Of a DNA stretch of 64,000 nucleotides, positions 38,302 through 51,318 are shown one piece after another. The DNA comes from Eledone cirrhosa (taxonomy: Eukaryota): the NCBI GenBank assembly GCA_964016885.1, contig OZ024747.1:34534001-34598000 (forward strand). The letters are read 5' to 3'. The notes under the pieces were generated by a model. The model worked only from the letters and a program-made list of their open reading frames with translations, had not been told where the DNA came from and ran no database searches. How positions within the stretch are numbered: the first letter of the stretch is position 1; every line of letters begins with the position of its first letter. Both the position numbers and the translations under genes were made by a program.

Positions 38302-41300
38302 TTCCTTGAATCTCAGTCATTGATGTTGGTTAACTGGAAAGTCCGTTGGATTGAATATCAAGCCACTACCTGCAGCCTCAGATATTCAGGACGTATCGGA
38401 GGGTTCTTGCTGTTCCAAGCAAGCATGCCTTTTGAAGCGTTCCAAAAAGCGTGAAGGGGCCGATTTTCTTTAACCATCCCTGGAAACTTTTGGAGATAGT
38501 CCCCAGTGCGCCTATGACAATCGGGATCACTTTGACATCATGGCAGTTCCAAATCCTTTTCACCTCCCACTTTAGGTCCTGGTATCGGTTAATTTTCTCC
38601 CTCTCCTTCTCTTGCACTCTCGTGTCGAACGGGCAGGCCACATCCACAATCAGACACGATCTTTTTTCTTTGTCCACAACCACCAGGTCAGGTCTATTGT
38701 GTTCCAGTTTTTTGTCCGTCTGTATCCTAAAATCCCACAGCACCTTCACCTGATTGTTCTCCATCACCGCCTCTGGCCTATGCTCATACCATTTCTCAGA
38801 ATGTGGTAAATTGTTTACTTTGCACAGGTGCCAGTGGATCACCCTGCCCATCACATCGTGTCTCCAGCCCTTATAGTGGGTCTGGGCAAGGTGTTTACAC
38901 TCGGACACAATGTGAGCCACAGTCTCCTCTCTCTCTCCACAGATCCTGCACAGTGGGCTAGCCTCCTCCTTGTAGATATGGTGCTTCAACCACTTCGTTT
39001 TGAGGGCCTGCTCCTGTGCAGCCATTAGCATTCCTTCTGTAGCCTTTTTGAGGTCTCCTCTTCTCAACCAGTTCCATGTCTGTGGATCTCTAAATTCAGT
39101 TTTCTCAAAGAAGGTACTATGAAGGGATTTTCCCTTAAGGCTGCTCTTCCTCCTTGATGTTATTTCCTCCTTGGACATCCCCTGGCCTACTGTCCCCTCC
39201 TTCAGTACATTTCTGAGCATTGGCTCCTTACTATAGCTCACGTATTTGTATAGGTTGTTTTTCTCCATCTGAACACAGTCCTCTATGCTGATAAGACCTC
39301 TTCCACCCTCAGATCTCCTTAGGTAGAGTCTATCGACATCACTCCTCTTGTGGAACATGTTGTAGATAATCAATAGCTTCCTAGTCTTCCTATCCATTTC
39401 TTTTTGTTCAGCAACATTCCATCTCAGAATTCCCGCACTGTACCTAATAATAGACACAGCTCGGGAATTTACTGCGCTTATGGCATTTCTGCTGTTCAGA
39501 TGTGACTTCAATACGCTCCTTACTCTCCGAATGTATTCAGTTCTTAACAATTCCTTCATTTTTTTGTTCTTTATGCCATCAGCCTCCAGAACGCCCAAAT
39601 ACTTGTATCCTTCCTCAGAGTCAATTTCCTTTATCATTTCACCTGTTGGTATCTGGATCCCGTTACTTCTGCTCAACTTACCCCTCCTCATCACAATGAC
39701 TCCACATTTACCAATACCAAACTGCATACATATATCATTGCTGAAAATACGGACAGTGTCAACAAGCACATCCAACTCCTTCTCACTTTTCCCGAAGAGC
39801 TTAAGATCGTCCATGAAGAGGAGGTGATTGATGGTAAGCTCTCCCCTTCCCAACTTGTATCCTGCTCTTACTTTTCGCAGCATAATGGTCAAGGCCATCA
39901 GGGCAAGGACAAACAACAGAGGGGACCGGCTATCTCCCTGGAAGATACCTCTCTTCATCTTCACGCTTACCAAGGATGCTCCAGTTGATGTCAACTCTGT
40001 CTCCCAGGACCCCATACTCCTGCCAAGCAACTGTCTGATGTTGTCTGCCACCCTGAAGATCTCCAGGCTTTTGGTGATCCAAGAATGAGGCACCATGTCA
40101 AATGCCTTTCTGTAGTCTATCCATCCCATGGCAAGATCAGTGTGTCTCCTCCTGCAATTCCCCATTACCATCTTATCAATAAGTAACTGGTCCTTTGTAC
40201 CACGTGACTTCTTTCGGCATCCTTTCTCTTCGTCCGGTAACAAGTTGTTTGTGTGGAGGTGATGGTAGATTTCCTCAGACACAATGCTCGTCAACAGTTT
40301 CCACATTACGGACAGACATGTGATAGGTCTATAGTTGGTAACATCATTACCCTTGATTCGGTCTTTCATTATCAGAACTGTGGTACCTTTTGTCAACCAC
40401 TCTGGCACCTCACCCGACACCAAGCAGTCATTGAACATGGCTGTCAGCTTCGGGTGGAGGGATGTTACACCATCTGGGCCTGGTGATTTCCAGTTGGTTA
40501 GTTTTTTGGCCTGCCCCTTAAGAGTTTCAACTGTGATACTCAAATCAGTTTGTTGATGTGCCTGCTCACCGATCTCCCTCTGTACTCTCTCAATCCACCC
40601 TGCCTGGACATTATGTCTAACATCCTGCTCCCATATTCCTCTCCAGAATGTTTTAGTTTGCTCCGCCCCAGGGATCAAGTCGTTGCCTCTTTCTTTCCCC
40701 TCAAGCTGTCCAAACAGCATCTTCTGGTTGTTGTCGAACATGCGGTTCTGTTTATACTGACTGACTCTGTTCTCGTATCGCCTGATTTTTGCACTCTTTG
40801 CTACAATGCGTTGCTTCAGTTCCTCTATGATAATATTTAGCTTTTTCCTCCTAGTTATGTATTTTATTTCCAGTCTATTTTTAGTGCCTATGTTTTTTAG
40901 TGTCCCATTCAGTAGTGACTCAAGCTTTCCTATGTCATTTCTCATTTCCCCGATTTGCCCACTCAGTCGCTTCTTCCACCACGGCTCTGCTCTTTCTTGT
41001 CTGTTGTTTCCTCTCGCTTTTATACCAAGTAGTTTCCTCGCCGTATTTGCTGTTGCTTTGAGGATATTGTTGCACTGGTGAAGGCTCCTCGCCTCAAGGT
41101 ATGGGATGACTTTGTTTACTTTAGCTGTTGTTTCTTTTAACTTTTTCCTGTCTACAAACCTTAGGTTCATAGGTCTCCCACTATCATTGTTCAATTCATC
41201 TACCACTAAATTTAGGATGTCAACCGAATCTTGTCCTAGCCCGTCAGCATTCATCTCCTCAGTGGCCGTATCTCTGTTCCAGGTATTATTTATCTCAGTA

Positions 41301-42833
41301 TTCAGATCATTGTCTGCTTCGGGTGGTTCCTCCGTTCTCAGGACCTCTTCACCTTCATTTCCCACTGGCTCGCTTGTCTGGCATACTACACCCGCCATCT
41401 CCAAGCCATTCTCTCTGCTCAGTTCCTCCAGTTCCAGCTCGCTTAGCCACCCATTAGTTCTTATTACCCGAGCCTGCCCGGCCAATTTTTGTTCATCTAA
41501 TTTAAATAAACCAATCTCGTTCCAGATGTTATGCATCCGTCTCCTGTAGCCCCCCTCCTTGGGGTTACTTTTCAGGTAACATTGCATAACAGTTCTATTC
41601 AATTCTTTCGTCCAGTTGGTTCTGGCCCCTTTCCTTCTTCTCCTTCCTCCAACATCAGCAGTATTTGGTTGACAGTCAGGTTCCTGCTGCTGAGCCAGGG
41701 GGCACCTGTTGGGTGAGAGTCTGTCACATGACGTTCTAGTCTCCATTTCACCGTTATTCGAACTGTTTATGTTCGATATTTAAACACTCTTATCGAGGAT
41801 TGGCGAATGTATGGTTACATAGCCATCTGTGGATCCGCCATTCCACTTGGCCCTTGTGTGGCATTATTACCACGCTGTATACGAACACACATAAACAAAC
41901 AAACACACAGGCAGAAAGGGCCTCAAAAATGAATAAGCATAAGTTTCATTGTAATGTAGTGTTCGAATGTCTGACTTAGTTTTTGTTTTTTTAAGTTTTA
42001 GTTTCTCCCCCCTCTTCTCTGTCCGTCCGCCTGCTTCTCTCTTCATTCTTATTTTCTTTACGTTTTGGGTTTTTTTTTTTTTTGTTTTTGTTTTTCTCTG
42101 TTTGTTTTTCTCGTTTTTTGCTGTTGTTGCTGTGCTGCTTTGGTTTTGTTGTTTGTTTTTTCTTTTTTCTTTTTTCTCTTGAGTCTATCTATATATTTTG
42201 ATGCCTTCCTCTTTTTTAGCAGTAGGGATTCTATAATGTGGTGGCAGCAGCCAGCTTGTAGAGGTGGGAGACTGGCGGCGGTAGCGATACTGAGACAGTG
42301 GTGGTGGTGATGTCGATACCGAGGCAGTGGTAGCGGTGATGTGACCGTATTACTGTAGTGATGGTGCTGTAGCGGTGGTAGCAGTGGAGGAGTGAAGGGG
42401 TGATGGCGGCGGTGATGGGATAATGGTGGTAATGATGGCCGTAGTGAGCGGTGGTGGTGAAAATGCCGTTATCTGGCTGTTGTGTTTAGTGGACACATGT
42501 GATGGGGTGGGTGGTGTATCTAGTTTCTGGTGTTGGTGAGTTTGGCTGTTCTATATAGTGTAGACAGAGGAGAGGAGAGGGGGGGGGGGTTCCTCTTCCA
42601 TTTATAGCCATTTTCCTTTTTGGATATACAGTGTACAATACAAAGTTGAATATTTGAATATTTGAGCCTTATAACAATATATTTTGGGTCCGAATTTTTG
42701 GGGGCTCAAGCCGGGTGCTTTACGTAGCATTTGTACTAAGAGTTGTTATTTCACAAATGATTTAAATATGTTAAAAATTCAAAACTTACGGGAGCGATTT
42801 CATGACCTCCGTCACCTCGTGCGTCTTCTTCCC
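38302..42833 (-). mobile_element. Apparently full-length Dong family B element (copy 3) with ~1.1-kb CCA-rich 5' UTR
   Basis: Single long ORF bounded by ATT repeats on both sides. 5' boundary inferred from resumption of the microsatellite at 42834. Confidence 0.85.
38378..41746 (-). CDS. R4/Dong-clade non-LTR retrotransposon protein (RT + CCHC knuckle + restriction-like endonuclease), 1122 aa
   Basis: WT.E.N..VMQCY N-terminal motif, KSPGPDG, YRPITCL, IDYRKAFD, QGDS.SPLLF, FMDD, YKYLG, CRIC..ETVAH..C, RHD, RPD..D..K. Carries an ~8-aa deletion after GPDGV and QGDSRSP, so possibly inactive. Confidence 0.93.
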   Translation of the reverse strand: METRTSCDRLSPNRCPLAQQQEPDCQPNTADVGGRRRRKGARTNWTKELNRTVMQCYLKSNPKEGGYRRRMHNIWNEIGLFKLDEQKLAGQARVIRTNGWLSELELEELSRENGLEMAGVVCQTSEPVGNEGEEVLRTEEPPEADNDLNTEINNTWNRDTATEEMNADGLGQDSVDILNLVVDELNNDSGRPMNLRFVDRKKLKETTAKVNKVIPYLEARSLHQCNNILKATANTARKLLGIKARGNNRQERAEPWWKKRLSGQIGEMRNDIGKLESLLNGTLKNIGTKNRLEIKYITRRKKLNIIIEELKQRIVAKSAKIRRYENRVSQYKQNRMFDNNQKMLFGQLEGKERGNDLIPGAEQTKTFWRGIWEQDVRHNVQAGWIERVQREIGEQAHQQTDLSITVETLKGQAKKLTNWKSPGPDGVTSLHPKLTAMFNDCLVSGEVPEWLTKGTTVLIMKDRIKGNDVTNYRPITCLSVMWKLLTSIVSEEIYHHLHTNNLLPDEEKGCRKKSRGTKDQLLIDKMVMGNCRRRHTDLAMGWIDYRKAFDMVPHSWITKSLEIFRVADNIRQLLGRSMGSWETELTSTGASLVSVKMKRGIFQGDSRSPLLFVLALMALTIMLRKVRAGYKLGRGELTINHLLFMDDLKLFGKSEKELDVLVDTVRIFSNDICMQFGIGKCGVIVMRRGKLSRSNGIQIPTGEMIKEIDSEEGYKYLGVLEADGIKNKKMKELLRTEYIRRVRSVLKSHLNSRNAISAVNSRAVSIIRYSAGILRWNVAEQKEMDRKTRKLLIIYNMFHKRSDVDRLYLRRSEGGRGLISIEDCVQMEKNNLYKYVSYSKEPMLRNVLKEGTVGQGMSKEEITSRRKSSLKGKSLHSTFFEKTEFRDPQTWNWLRRGDLKKATEGMLMAAQEQALKTKWLKHHIYKEEASPLCRICGEREETVAHIVSECKHLAQTHYKGWRHDVMGRVIHWHLCKVNNLPHSEKWYEHRPEAVMENNQVKVLWDFRIQTDKKLEHNRPDLVVVDKEKRSCLIVDVACPFDTRVQEKEREKINRYQDLKWEVKRIWNCHDVKVIPIVIGALGTISKSFQGWLKKIGPFTLFGTLQKACLLGTARTLRYVLNI

Positions 42834-42908
42834 ATTATTCTTCTTCTTATTATTATTATTAGGTCTGAACGGACGTCTTTTTTATTATTATTATTATTAT
42901 TGTTGTTA

Positions 42909-44692
<1,784 letters not shown>

Positions 44693-47600
44693 TGCATTTA
44701 TCTTGCTTTATGTTTATACGAGTTATCACCAAGTCACAACCAGTGACCTCAAGAGACAACAAGGTCCGCCATGTTCAAGAAAGAACACACATATTCACAC
44801 ATGCATCCTTAGTGTTTAGACTTGTGATGTACTTATATTGACAGGATCTTCCTTAGTATATGGGCAGTTCCCATTAGTACTATCTTTTGTATTTCTCCTA
44901 TACGCGGGTTTCCTGGGATTTGCGATAAGTAGTCGTTAGACCCCTTAGGTATCATTCCCAGAGCGCCTACAACCACTGGTATTGTTTTAGTTCTCAATTT
45001 CCACATTTTTCCAATTTCTATCTCCAGGTCCTTATACTTGCTCAATTTTTCAAATGTTTTTATAGATACATTCTTGTCTATTGGAACAGACATATCAATT
45101 AGCAGGCATACCCTCCTTTGAAAGTCCTTCAATATTATATCAGGTCTATTTGCATCTATTTTTCGGTCTGTTTGGATGCTAAAGTTCCACAAGATTGAGA
45201 TGTGATATGTTTCAAGTATGGGAGGTGGTTGATGCTCCCAGCAATTCTTTTGATGGGGCAGGTCAAAATGCTTACACATTATCCAATGTATGTATTGTGC
45301 AGCTCTGCCATGCCTGTTTAGGTATTCGGTTGGAGCTATGGGACTGCACATTGAAATTATATGGTCAATGGTCTCTGGTTGTTTTTTGCATACACGGCAT
45401 AGTGGGCTGCACCCATTTTTTATTATGTTGGCTTGGTAATTTTTTGTTGGCAGACACTGATCTTGTGCGGATATAATCAGTCCTTCAGTCTCCGATTTCA
45501 GTCCAGAGGATGCCAACCACTGATGGGTTAAAGTTTTGTCAACATCAGGATTGTTAGCTCGCTCTGGGTATTTTCCATACAGAGGCTTTTCTTGCCATTT
45601 CTTAGCCAGTTTCTGTAGCAGTTCTTTCTTTGCAGTTACTTTTACCTGCTTTGCTTTTTCTGTGTTTTCCATTTCAGCAGTAAATGGGACTTCTGAAATT
45701 TGTAGTCCATTACTGTATCTTTGTGCATCTTTTGTAATGGAATATGATCTTTTGGTGCTTTCGTGTTTCAAAACGAGTTTGATCATCCAATCATGTGATT
45801 CCCTTAGATATGTGGATAATCCAATTGTTGCAGTTTTCAACGCAATGTCTAACTGGATTAACCCACGTCCTCCTTCTTTCCTAGGGAGATATATTCTATC
45901 TATGTCTGCCTTAGGGTGATGCATTCTGTGCATGGTTAAGAATTTTCGGATTTTTGTATCGAGCCTACGGATCTCTGTGCTTGACCAGTTGATGACATTG
46001 TAACTGTAGGTTACTACTGGTATGGCAAGCGTGTTTATGGCATCGATCCTATTCCTTGCATTCAATTCCGTTCTTAAGATTGCTCTGACTCTGCGGTAAC
46101 ATTCCTTCCTTATCCTTTCCCTCATTGTCGAGTGCTTGATTCCGTCTCCTTCACAAACACCTAGATATTTGTAAGTTTGTTCTTGATCAAGCTCTCTTAT
46201 CACGTTCCCCCGATCAAGATTAATGTCTGAACTCTTCAGCAGCTTTCCTCTGGTGAACGTTGCTTTGGCGCATTTATCCAGTCCAAACTCCATTTTAATG
46301 TCATCACTGAACTGCTTCACAGTGGATAATAGCCCTTGCAATTGTTCATCATTTTTTGCAAATAGTTTCAGGTCATCCATGTAGAACAGGTGATTAATGG
46401 TTTTGTCATAGACTCTATATCCATGTTTTGTTTCATTGAGCATTTTACTTAATGGTATAAGTGCGATGCAGAATAAAAGCGGTGATAAAGAGTCACCCTG
46501 AAAAATTCCACAATTAATGTTAACTTCTCCAGCTTCCAGTGATTTTGTTTCACTATTCAAAAGGAGTGTCGTTCTCCATGTCCTCATACTGAATGACAAA
46601 AACCTCCTGACAACGGGGGATATTTTGAAAATCTCTAAACATTTTTCAATCCAACTGTGTGGCAAACTATCAAATGCTTTTTTATAATCTATCCAAGCAA
46701 TCGATAGATTTTTGTGTCTATTATGACAATCTTCCAGTATCATTTTGTTAACCAGAAGCTGATCCTTACAGCCATATGAGCCTCGTTTACACCCTTTCTG
46801 CTCAATGGGAAATAGGTCATTTGTTATCAGGTGGTCATATGTGTATTCAGTTAGGACTGATGTTAAAATTTTATACATTGTGGTCAAGCAGGTTATCGGT
46901 CTGTAATTTTTGGGATTGTTTGTCTCATCATTCTTCGGTAGCAGGAATGTAATGCCGTTGACTAGCCATGATGGTATTTTTTCTGGCTCCTTAACTATTT
47001 CATTGTAAAGTTGGGCTAACAGCTCATGAGACTCTGTGAAGGCATTTATCCAAAAGTTTTGTATTTTGTCTTTTCCTGGGGATTTCCATTTGCTGGTTTT
47101 TCTTAGAGCCAAGCGCAGCTGTTCAACTGTTATATTTTCCCATGTTTGTTCTTCAAGGTGAGCTGTTTCTTTCATTTGTCTGTCTATCCATGGGGCATGT
47201 ATGTTATGAACTTTTTCTTCGGCCCAGATCTTTTCCCAGAATTCTTGCACTTCCTCCTTGGGTGGTATTGATTTAGCAGTTATTGTTGACTTACCAATTT
47301 TTCTGTAGAAGTTTCTTTGGTTGTTTTTGAAAATATTATTATCCTTATAGAATCTAGATCGTTTTTCAAAGCGCCTTATACGAGCAGCTTTGGCCGACAC
47401 TTTTTGCTTGATTGTTTCTATCAGCATGTCTATGTCACATGTTGATCTTATACTGTACTTTTTTTTCAATTTTCTAAGTTTAGTTTGTTTAACATGTTCA
47501 CCTACTTTATAGTTTGTTAAAATTTCTATGTCAGATCGGAGAAGGTTTATTTGGCGATTGATGTTATCTTGCCAAGTAGATTTCTTGTGGGAATTCCTTT

Positions 47601-49145
47601 GTTTTTTCATCTTCACTCCACATAAGTGAGTGGTGACTTTAGCCGATGCATAATAGAGATGATTTAAGTCAGTAATGTTTATTTTGTTTGTGATGATAAT
47701 GTTTTTGAGAATTATGTTAGTCTTGTGTATTATCTTTTGGTTCTGTTTGGAGTTCTGGATCTTAGGGAGGGTGTCTCGTTCCCCCATGTCAGATTCTTTC
47801 ATTTTCATCCATTCGATCATAATTTCATCCTTCAAGTTGGCAAGTTCATTCTCATTCATTTCTTTATCATTTACGATCTCATTATTTTCATTTAGAGTTT
47901 CATCCTGAGCATGCACTCCCTCCACTTTTTCGCTCCTTTCTTTAATTTGTTCTGTTGCCAGTGATTCCGCCCCAACTCTGGGATTCGAAGTGTTACAGTT
48001 TACCTCGTTTTCACTGACACATGCTTCATTTTCCCTTCGCTGACTTTGTGCTACTAGCTTGATCTGATCAATTTCTATATCAGTTAGTAACTTTTTTCTT
48101 ACAATATTTCTTCGTATATTGGCTAGTTTGTTACTGTCAATATAGCCTCTGTTTTCGGGATGTTTCTTTTTCCAGTTGATATATGTTTGCTCTGTATTCG
48201 ATGTATTTGATGGGTAGTACATGGCAGTGTAGAAAGCCTCAAGGACTTCTTTATTATCTTCCCTTGACCATTTTTCTCTCTTTTTCTTTGGATTTCTTGG
48301 TGGTGAGCATGGAGGGCCAACAGTAGGAGTATTCCGGTTATGGGAGGTCTCCAGCTCCGAAGTGATGGGAAGGTTTGAACCATTAGCTGATTTTTCGACC
48401 CCAGTCTGGTTCCTCTCTGAGGGACGCGGCCCTTTTTTACCCGGGTGACGGCCGATCCGGTATGAGATTTCATCATTAGACATCTACCTTATTTTGTCGC
48501 GTTTTATCCTTAACCGCCAAGGGGTAATCTTTTCGTGTTACCACTTCTAGAACGAGTGTCAACCAAGACTAGAGGGGTCGTTCTCCCCTAGAGACATGGC
48601 TATTCCCCGCCGGCCGCCATCCCGGTATTTCTTGGTCACGGGGTTTTCTTTTTGTTGTTTTTTTTAAATTGTTATTATCATGAGTGGTACCTTAATGTGA
48701 GCATTGCGTGGCTTAAGAATGAAATTATTAATAATTGTCTCCACTCCAGGGACAAGGCCAGCAATCACCCAGTGCATTACAATAATATAATATACTTTTT
48801 GTTGTAGTTGGCTGTTATTGCTGCTGGCTATGTCGGTGGTGGTGCCGGGGCTTTTTATATTGTTGGTGAGGAAGGGGTGAGCCAGCAGTCCCATAATTGT
48901 TGATGTAGACGTTTGTCCGTGGCAAGGTCACCAAGTCAATCTATTTATATCTTTTGCTAGCCTCTCTCTTGTCTAGTGCTACCACCACCTTCCCTTTTCT
49001 CTCTCAAGTTAACAGGGGAATAGTGTCAGTAGCATTGAATGAGTGGTGGCGGCGATGATGGATGTGGTGGGGAGGTGGCAGCGGTGGTGTTGTGGTTACT
49101 GATATAGTATCTATGAGTTTGTGTTCGTATGTTTAATATATATTT

Positions 49146-49147
<2 letters not shown>
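44693..49147 (-). mobile_element. Apparently full-length Dong family A element in (TAA)n
   Basis: Uninterrupted ORF, 140-nt 3' UTR, ~660-nt 5' UTR. Pure ATT tracts on both sides. Confidence 0.9.
44833..48483 (-). CDS. R4/Dong-clade RT + CCHC + RLE protein, 1216 aa
   Basis: KSPGKD, YRPITCL, IDYKKAFD, GIFQGDSLSPLLF, YMDD, YKYLG, CRVC..ETIDH..C, RPDIIL..D..K. The RHD motif reads RHG here but RHD in the 30.4-kb copy. Confidence 0.95.
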   Translation of the reverse strand: MSNDEISYRIGRHPGKKGPRPSERNQTGVEKSANGSNLPITSELETSHNRNTPTVGPPCSPPRNPKKKREKWSREDNKEVLEAFYTAMYYPSNTSNTEQTYINWKKKHPENRGYIDSNKLANIRRNIVRKKLLTDIEIDQIKLVAQSQRRENEACVSENEVNCNTSNPRVGAESLATEQIKERSEKVEGVHAQDETLNENNEIVNDKEMNENELANLKDEIMIEWMKMKESDMGERDTLPKIQNSKQNQKIIHKTNIILKNIIITNKINITDLNHLYYASAKVTTHLCGVKMKKQRNSHKKSTWQDNINRQINLLRSDIEILTNYKVGEHVKQTKLRKLKKKYSIRSTCDIDMLIETIKQKVSAKAARIRRFEKRSRFYKDNNIFKNNQRNFYRKIGKSTITAKSIPPKEEVQEFWEKIWAEEKVHNIHAPWIDRQMKETAHLEEQTWENITVEQLRLALRKTSKWKSPGKDKIQNFWINAFTESHELLAQLYNEIVKEPEKIPSWLVNGITFLLPKNDETNNPKNYRPITCLTTMYKILTSVLTEYTYDHLITNDLFPIEQKGCKRGSYGCKDQLLVNKMILEDCHNRHKNLSIAWIDYKKAFDSLPHSWIEKCLEIFKISPVVRRFLSFSMRTWRTTLLLNSETKSLEAGEVNINCGIFQGDSLSPLLFCIALIPLSKMLNETKHGYRVYDKTINHLFYMDDLKLFAKNDEQLQGLLSTVKQFSDDIKMEFGLDKCAKATFTRGKLLKSSDINLDRGNVIRELDQEQTYKYLGVCEGDGIKHSTMRERIRKECYRRVRAILRTELNARNRIDAINTLAIPVVTYSYNVINWSSTEIRRLDTKIRKFLTMHRMHHPKADIDRIYLPRKEGGRGLIQLDIALKTATIGLSTYLRESHDWMIKLVLKHESTKRSYSITKDAQRYSNGLQISEVPFTAEMENTEKAKQVKVTAKKELLQKLAKKWQEKPLYGKYPERANNPDVDKTLTHQWLASSGLKSETEGLIISAQDQCLPTKNYQANIIKNGCSPLCRVCKKQPETIDHIISMCSPIAPTEYLNRHGRAAQYIHWIMCKHFDLPHQKNCWEHQPPPILETYHISILWNFSIQTDRKIDANRPDIILKDFQRRVCLLIDMSVPIDKNVSIKTFEKLSKYKDLEIEIGKMWKLRTKTIPVVVGALGMIPKGSNDYLSQIPGNPRIGEIQKIVLMGTAHILRKILSI

Positions 49148-49205
<58 letters not shown>

Positions 49206-49417
49206 GGTCTGAACGGACGTCTTTTTGCTCGCTCTCGTAAGTCTCTATATTTACCTGTCAACACGTATTTATTGAATTTTGTGTTGTTGTGTAAGGGATA
49301 TAAGCCCTTGGAGTTTGCCCTGTGAAGGGGAAAGTATAATATTTGGACCTTTTGGCCCAAATATTTAAACTCTTTTACATTTAAAAAAATTATCGAGAAA
49401 AAAAAAACAAAAGAAAC

Positions 49418-51287
49418 ATGGCTGAGCCTCTCCCCCTGCGATATGTCTGCTGTCGTGTAACAACGACGTAGAAGTTGAGAGGAGCGCTACGGCGAAATTA
49501 ACAGAAATTGATACAACAAACACCACCACAAACAACGAGAACAAAGACAGCAATGACAACAACACTGAGAACTCTAATTTTGGAAAAAATGACAGTAACA
49601 GCGACAAGGAAAATACAGATAACAGAAATAATGACAAATGCAACAACAATATCAACACCACTAACATGAAAACAAATAGCGACAACACCAACAGCAACAA
49701 TACTAACTGCACCGATAACAACAACAACCGCAGCACCAAAGATATAGCCAACTGCAACAGTGACAACAGCAACACCACCACCAAGAACAACGACAACATT
49801 AACAACACTACCAACGAAAACACGAAGAAAACTTTCGCTGCGGTAGCTTCAGCATATACCTCTCAAAAGGAAGCTCATCAAGCAAGAGCAAACCTGGGCC
49901 AACTTAACTGTACCGGTAGAAGTTATTGAGGCAGTGGTGCGCAGAACGGTGCATAATAGATGCATCTCAGCACAAACCAAAGGGCAGCTTTAATTCCACA
50001 AGCAGATGTCGAAGTCGAGCTGAGGTGCATTAGCGATGACACCGAATACATAGCGAGGGGCAGACAATACGGTGCCATTTCGGTGCTGTTTAAGTCAGAA
50101 GCCCTCACTATGGAACATGCTATGGCACCTTGCAAAACCAGCAATGTCATAATGTACCCCTCCGACATGGGGAAAAGAACGGCCCGTCTCCGCATTCCCA
50201 GAATCCCACTAGGACTTGATATGTGGTGGCTTCTGGGATGTGTGATTGGGGAGGGGACGGATACCGTCCCAATAGAAGTGACAAGAAATGCCAGAGAGTA
50301 CTGGTCCGGGGTTGACCTGGAGATACATCTCCAGATCAGGCCGGATAATGTCAAGACAATCCCGGACCACATCCGTCTTGAGACTGCGACGGCAAAAGCC
50401 GAGAGCAAAAAGCCGTATTGTTTTGTTTGTGTGGAAAAACCCCATTTGCGAGCATTCTGCCCTCAACTGCTGAAAGATGCAAGAGCTCCAATGATGCCGA
50501 CGCTGGTGAGAAGACCACAAGCAACACCAGCATCTGCAAAACCACCAGCAACAACACCAATGGAAACACCACCACCAACGTTGACCACCCAGCGGAGAAA
50601 CGACGAAAGTTGTCAAATTAACCTCCCCACAAAAAAAAAAAAAATACATTAATAAAAACAGAAACACACACACGGACACACTTACAGACACAGACGCCTC
50701 ATCTACCAGAGAAGATGAAGGAAAACCAAAATACCCCAAAATACATAAAAGTAAACCCAAAATGAAAAAAAAAAAAACTCAACATAGCACAAAATGCCCC
50801 ACAATAAAAAATGCAAACATCTCCCCAACTCAACCAACACCAACACCATCATCATCAAAACCAGAATCCCCCAAAACGCACAACAACCTAAACAGACGCA
50901 CTGAAAACAGACGCAACCGAAACAACAGCATCAAAACCATCACCACCACTGCCACGCAAATAAATAAAATCACACCAACAAAACATACAAAACTTCGTGT
51001 ACGTCAGGAGTGCCAACTAGGAGCTGATGGCCCTCATAGCACGAAGTGATGAAATACAAAATGAGGGGAACATTTTTAAATCAAGCACATTTCGCGTGCC
51101 GGAAGATTTGTTTCTGGTGCGAATGTCACTCGATTTATACAAAGAGATACGAGACAGCTTTCCTCGGGACGTGGGAACCCCAAACGTAAAACACACCTCA
51201 AAACTTTTAAAGGGGATCCCAAAAGAAACCCCACCAACTATGGAGGTCGAACCACCCGACCTTCAGAAGAACGCGGAAGGTAAGTAA
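49418..51287 (+). pseudogene. Disrupted ORF1 (Asn/Thr-rich N-terminus, CCHC zinc knuckle)
   Basis: AAC-rich low-complexity start, TFAAVAS, CFVCVEKPHLRAFC (C-x2-C-x4-H-x4-C). Several frameshifts. Confidence 0.65.
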
Positions 51288-51318
51288 ACCTTTCCTCTCT
51301 CTCTTTTAGCCTGCCAAC

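Noticed and set aside
34850-38310. CRISPR-like or satellite array
   Set aside because: Units are 1.7-kb retrotransposon fragments joined by microsatellite. There is no repeat-spacer structure.
41750-41880. HDV-like ribozyme ahead of the Dong B ORF
   Set aside because: Hairpins are present (ggcggat/attcgcc, gtgg..ccac), but I could not assemble the nested double pseudoknot.
51280-51309. 30-nt intron fusing Tx1 ORF1 to ORF2
   Set aside because: Below typical intron size, and removal leaves ORF2 out of frame.
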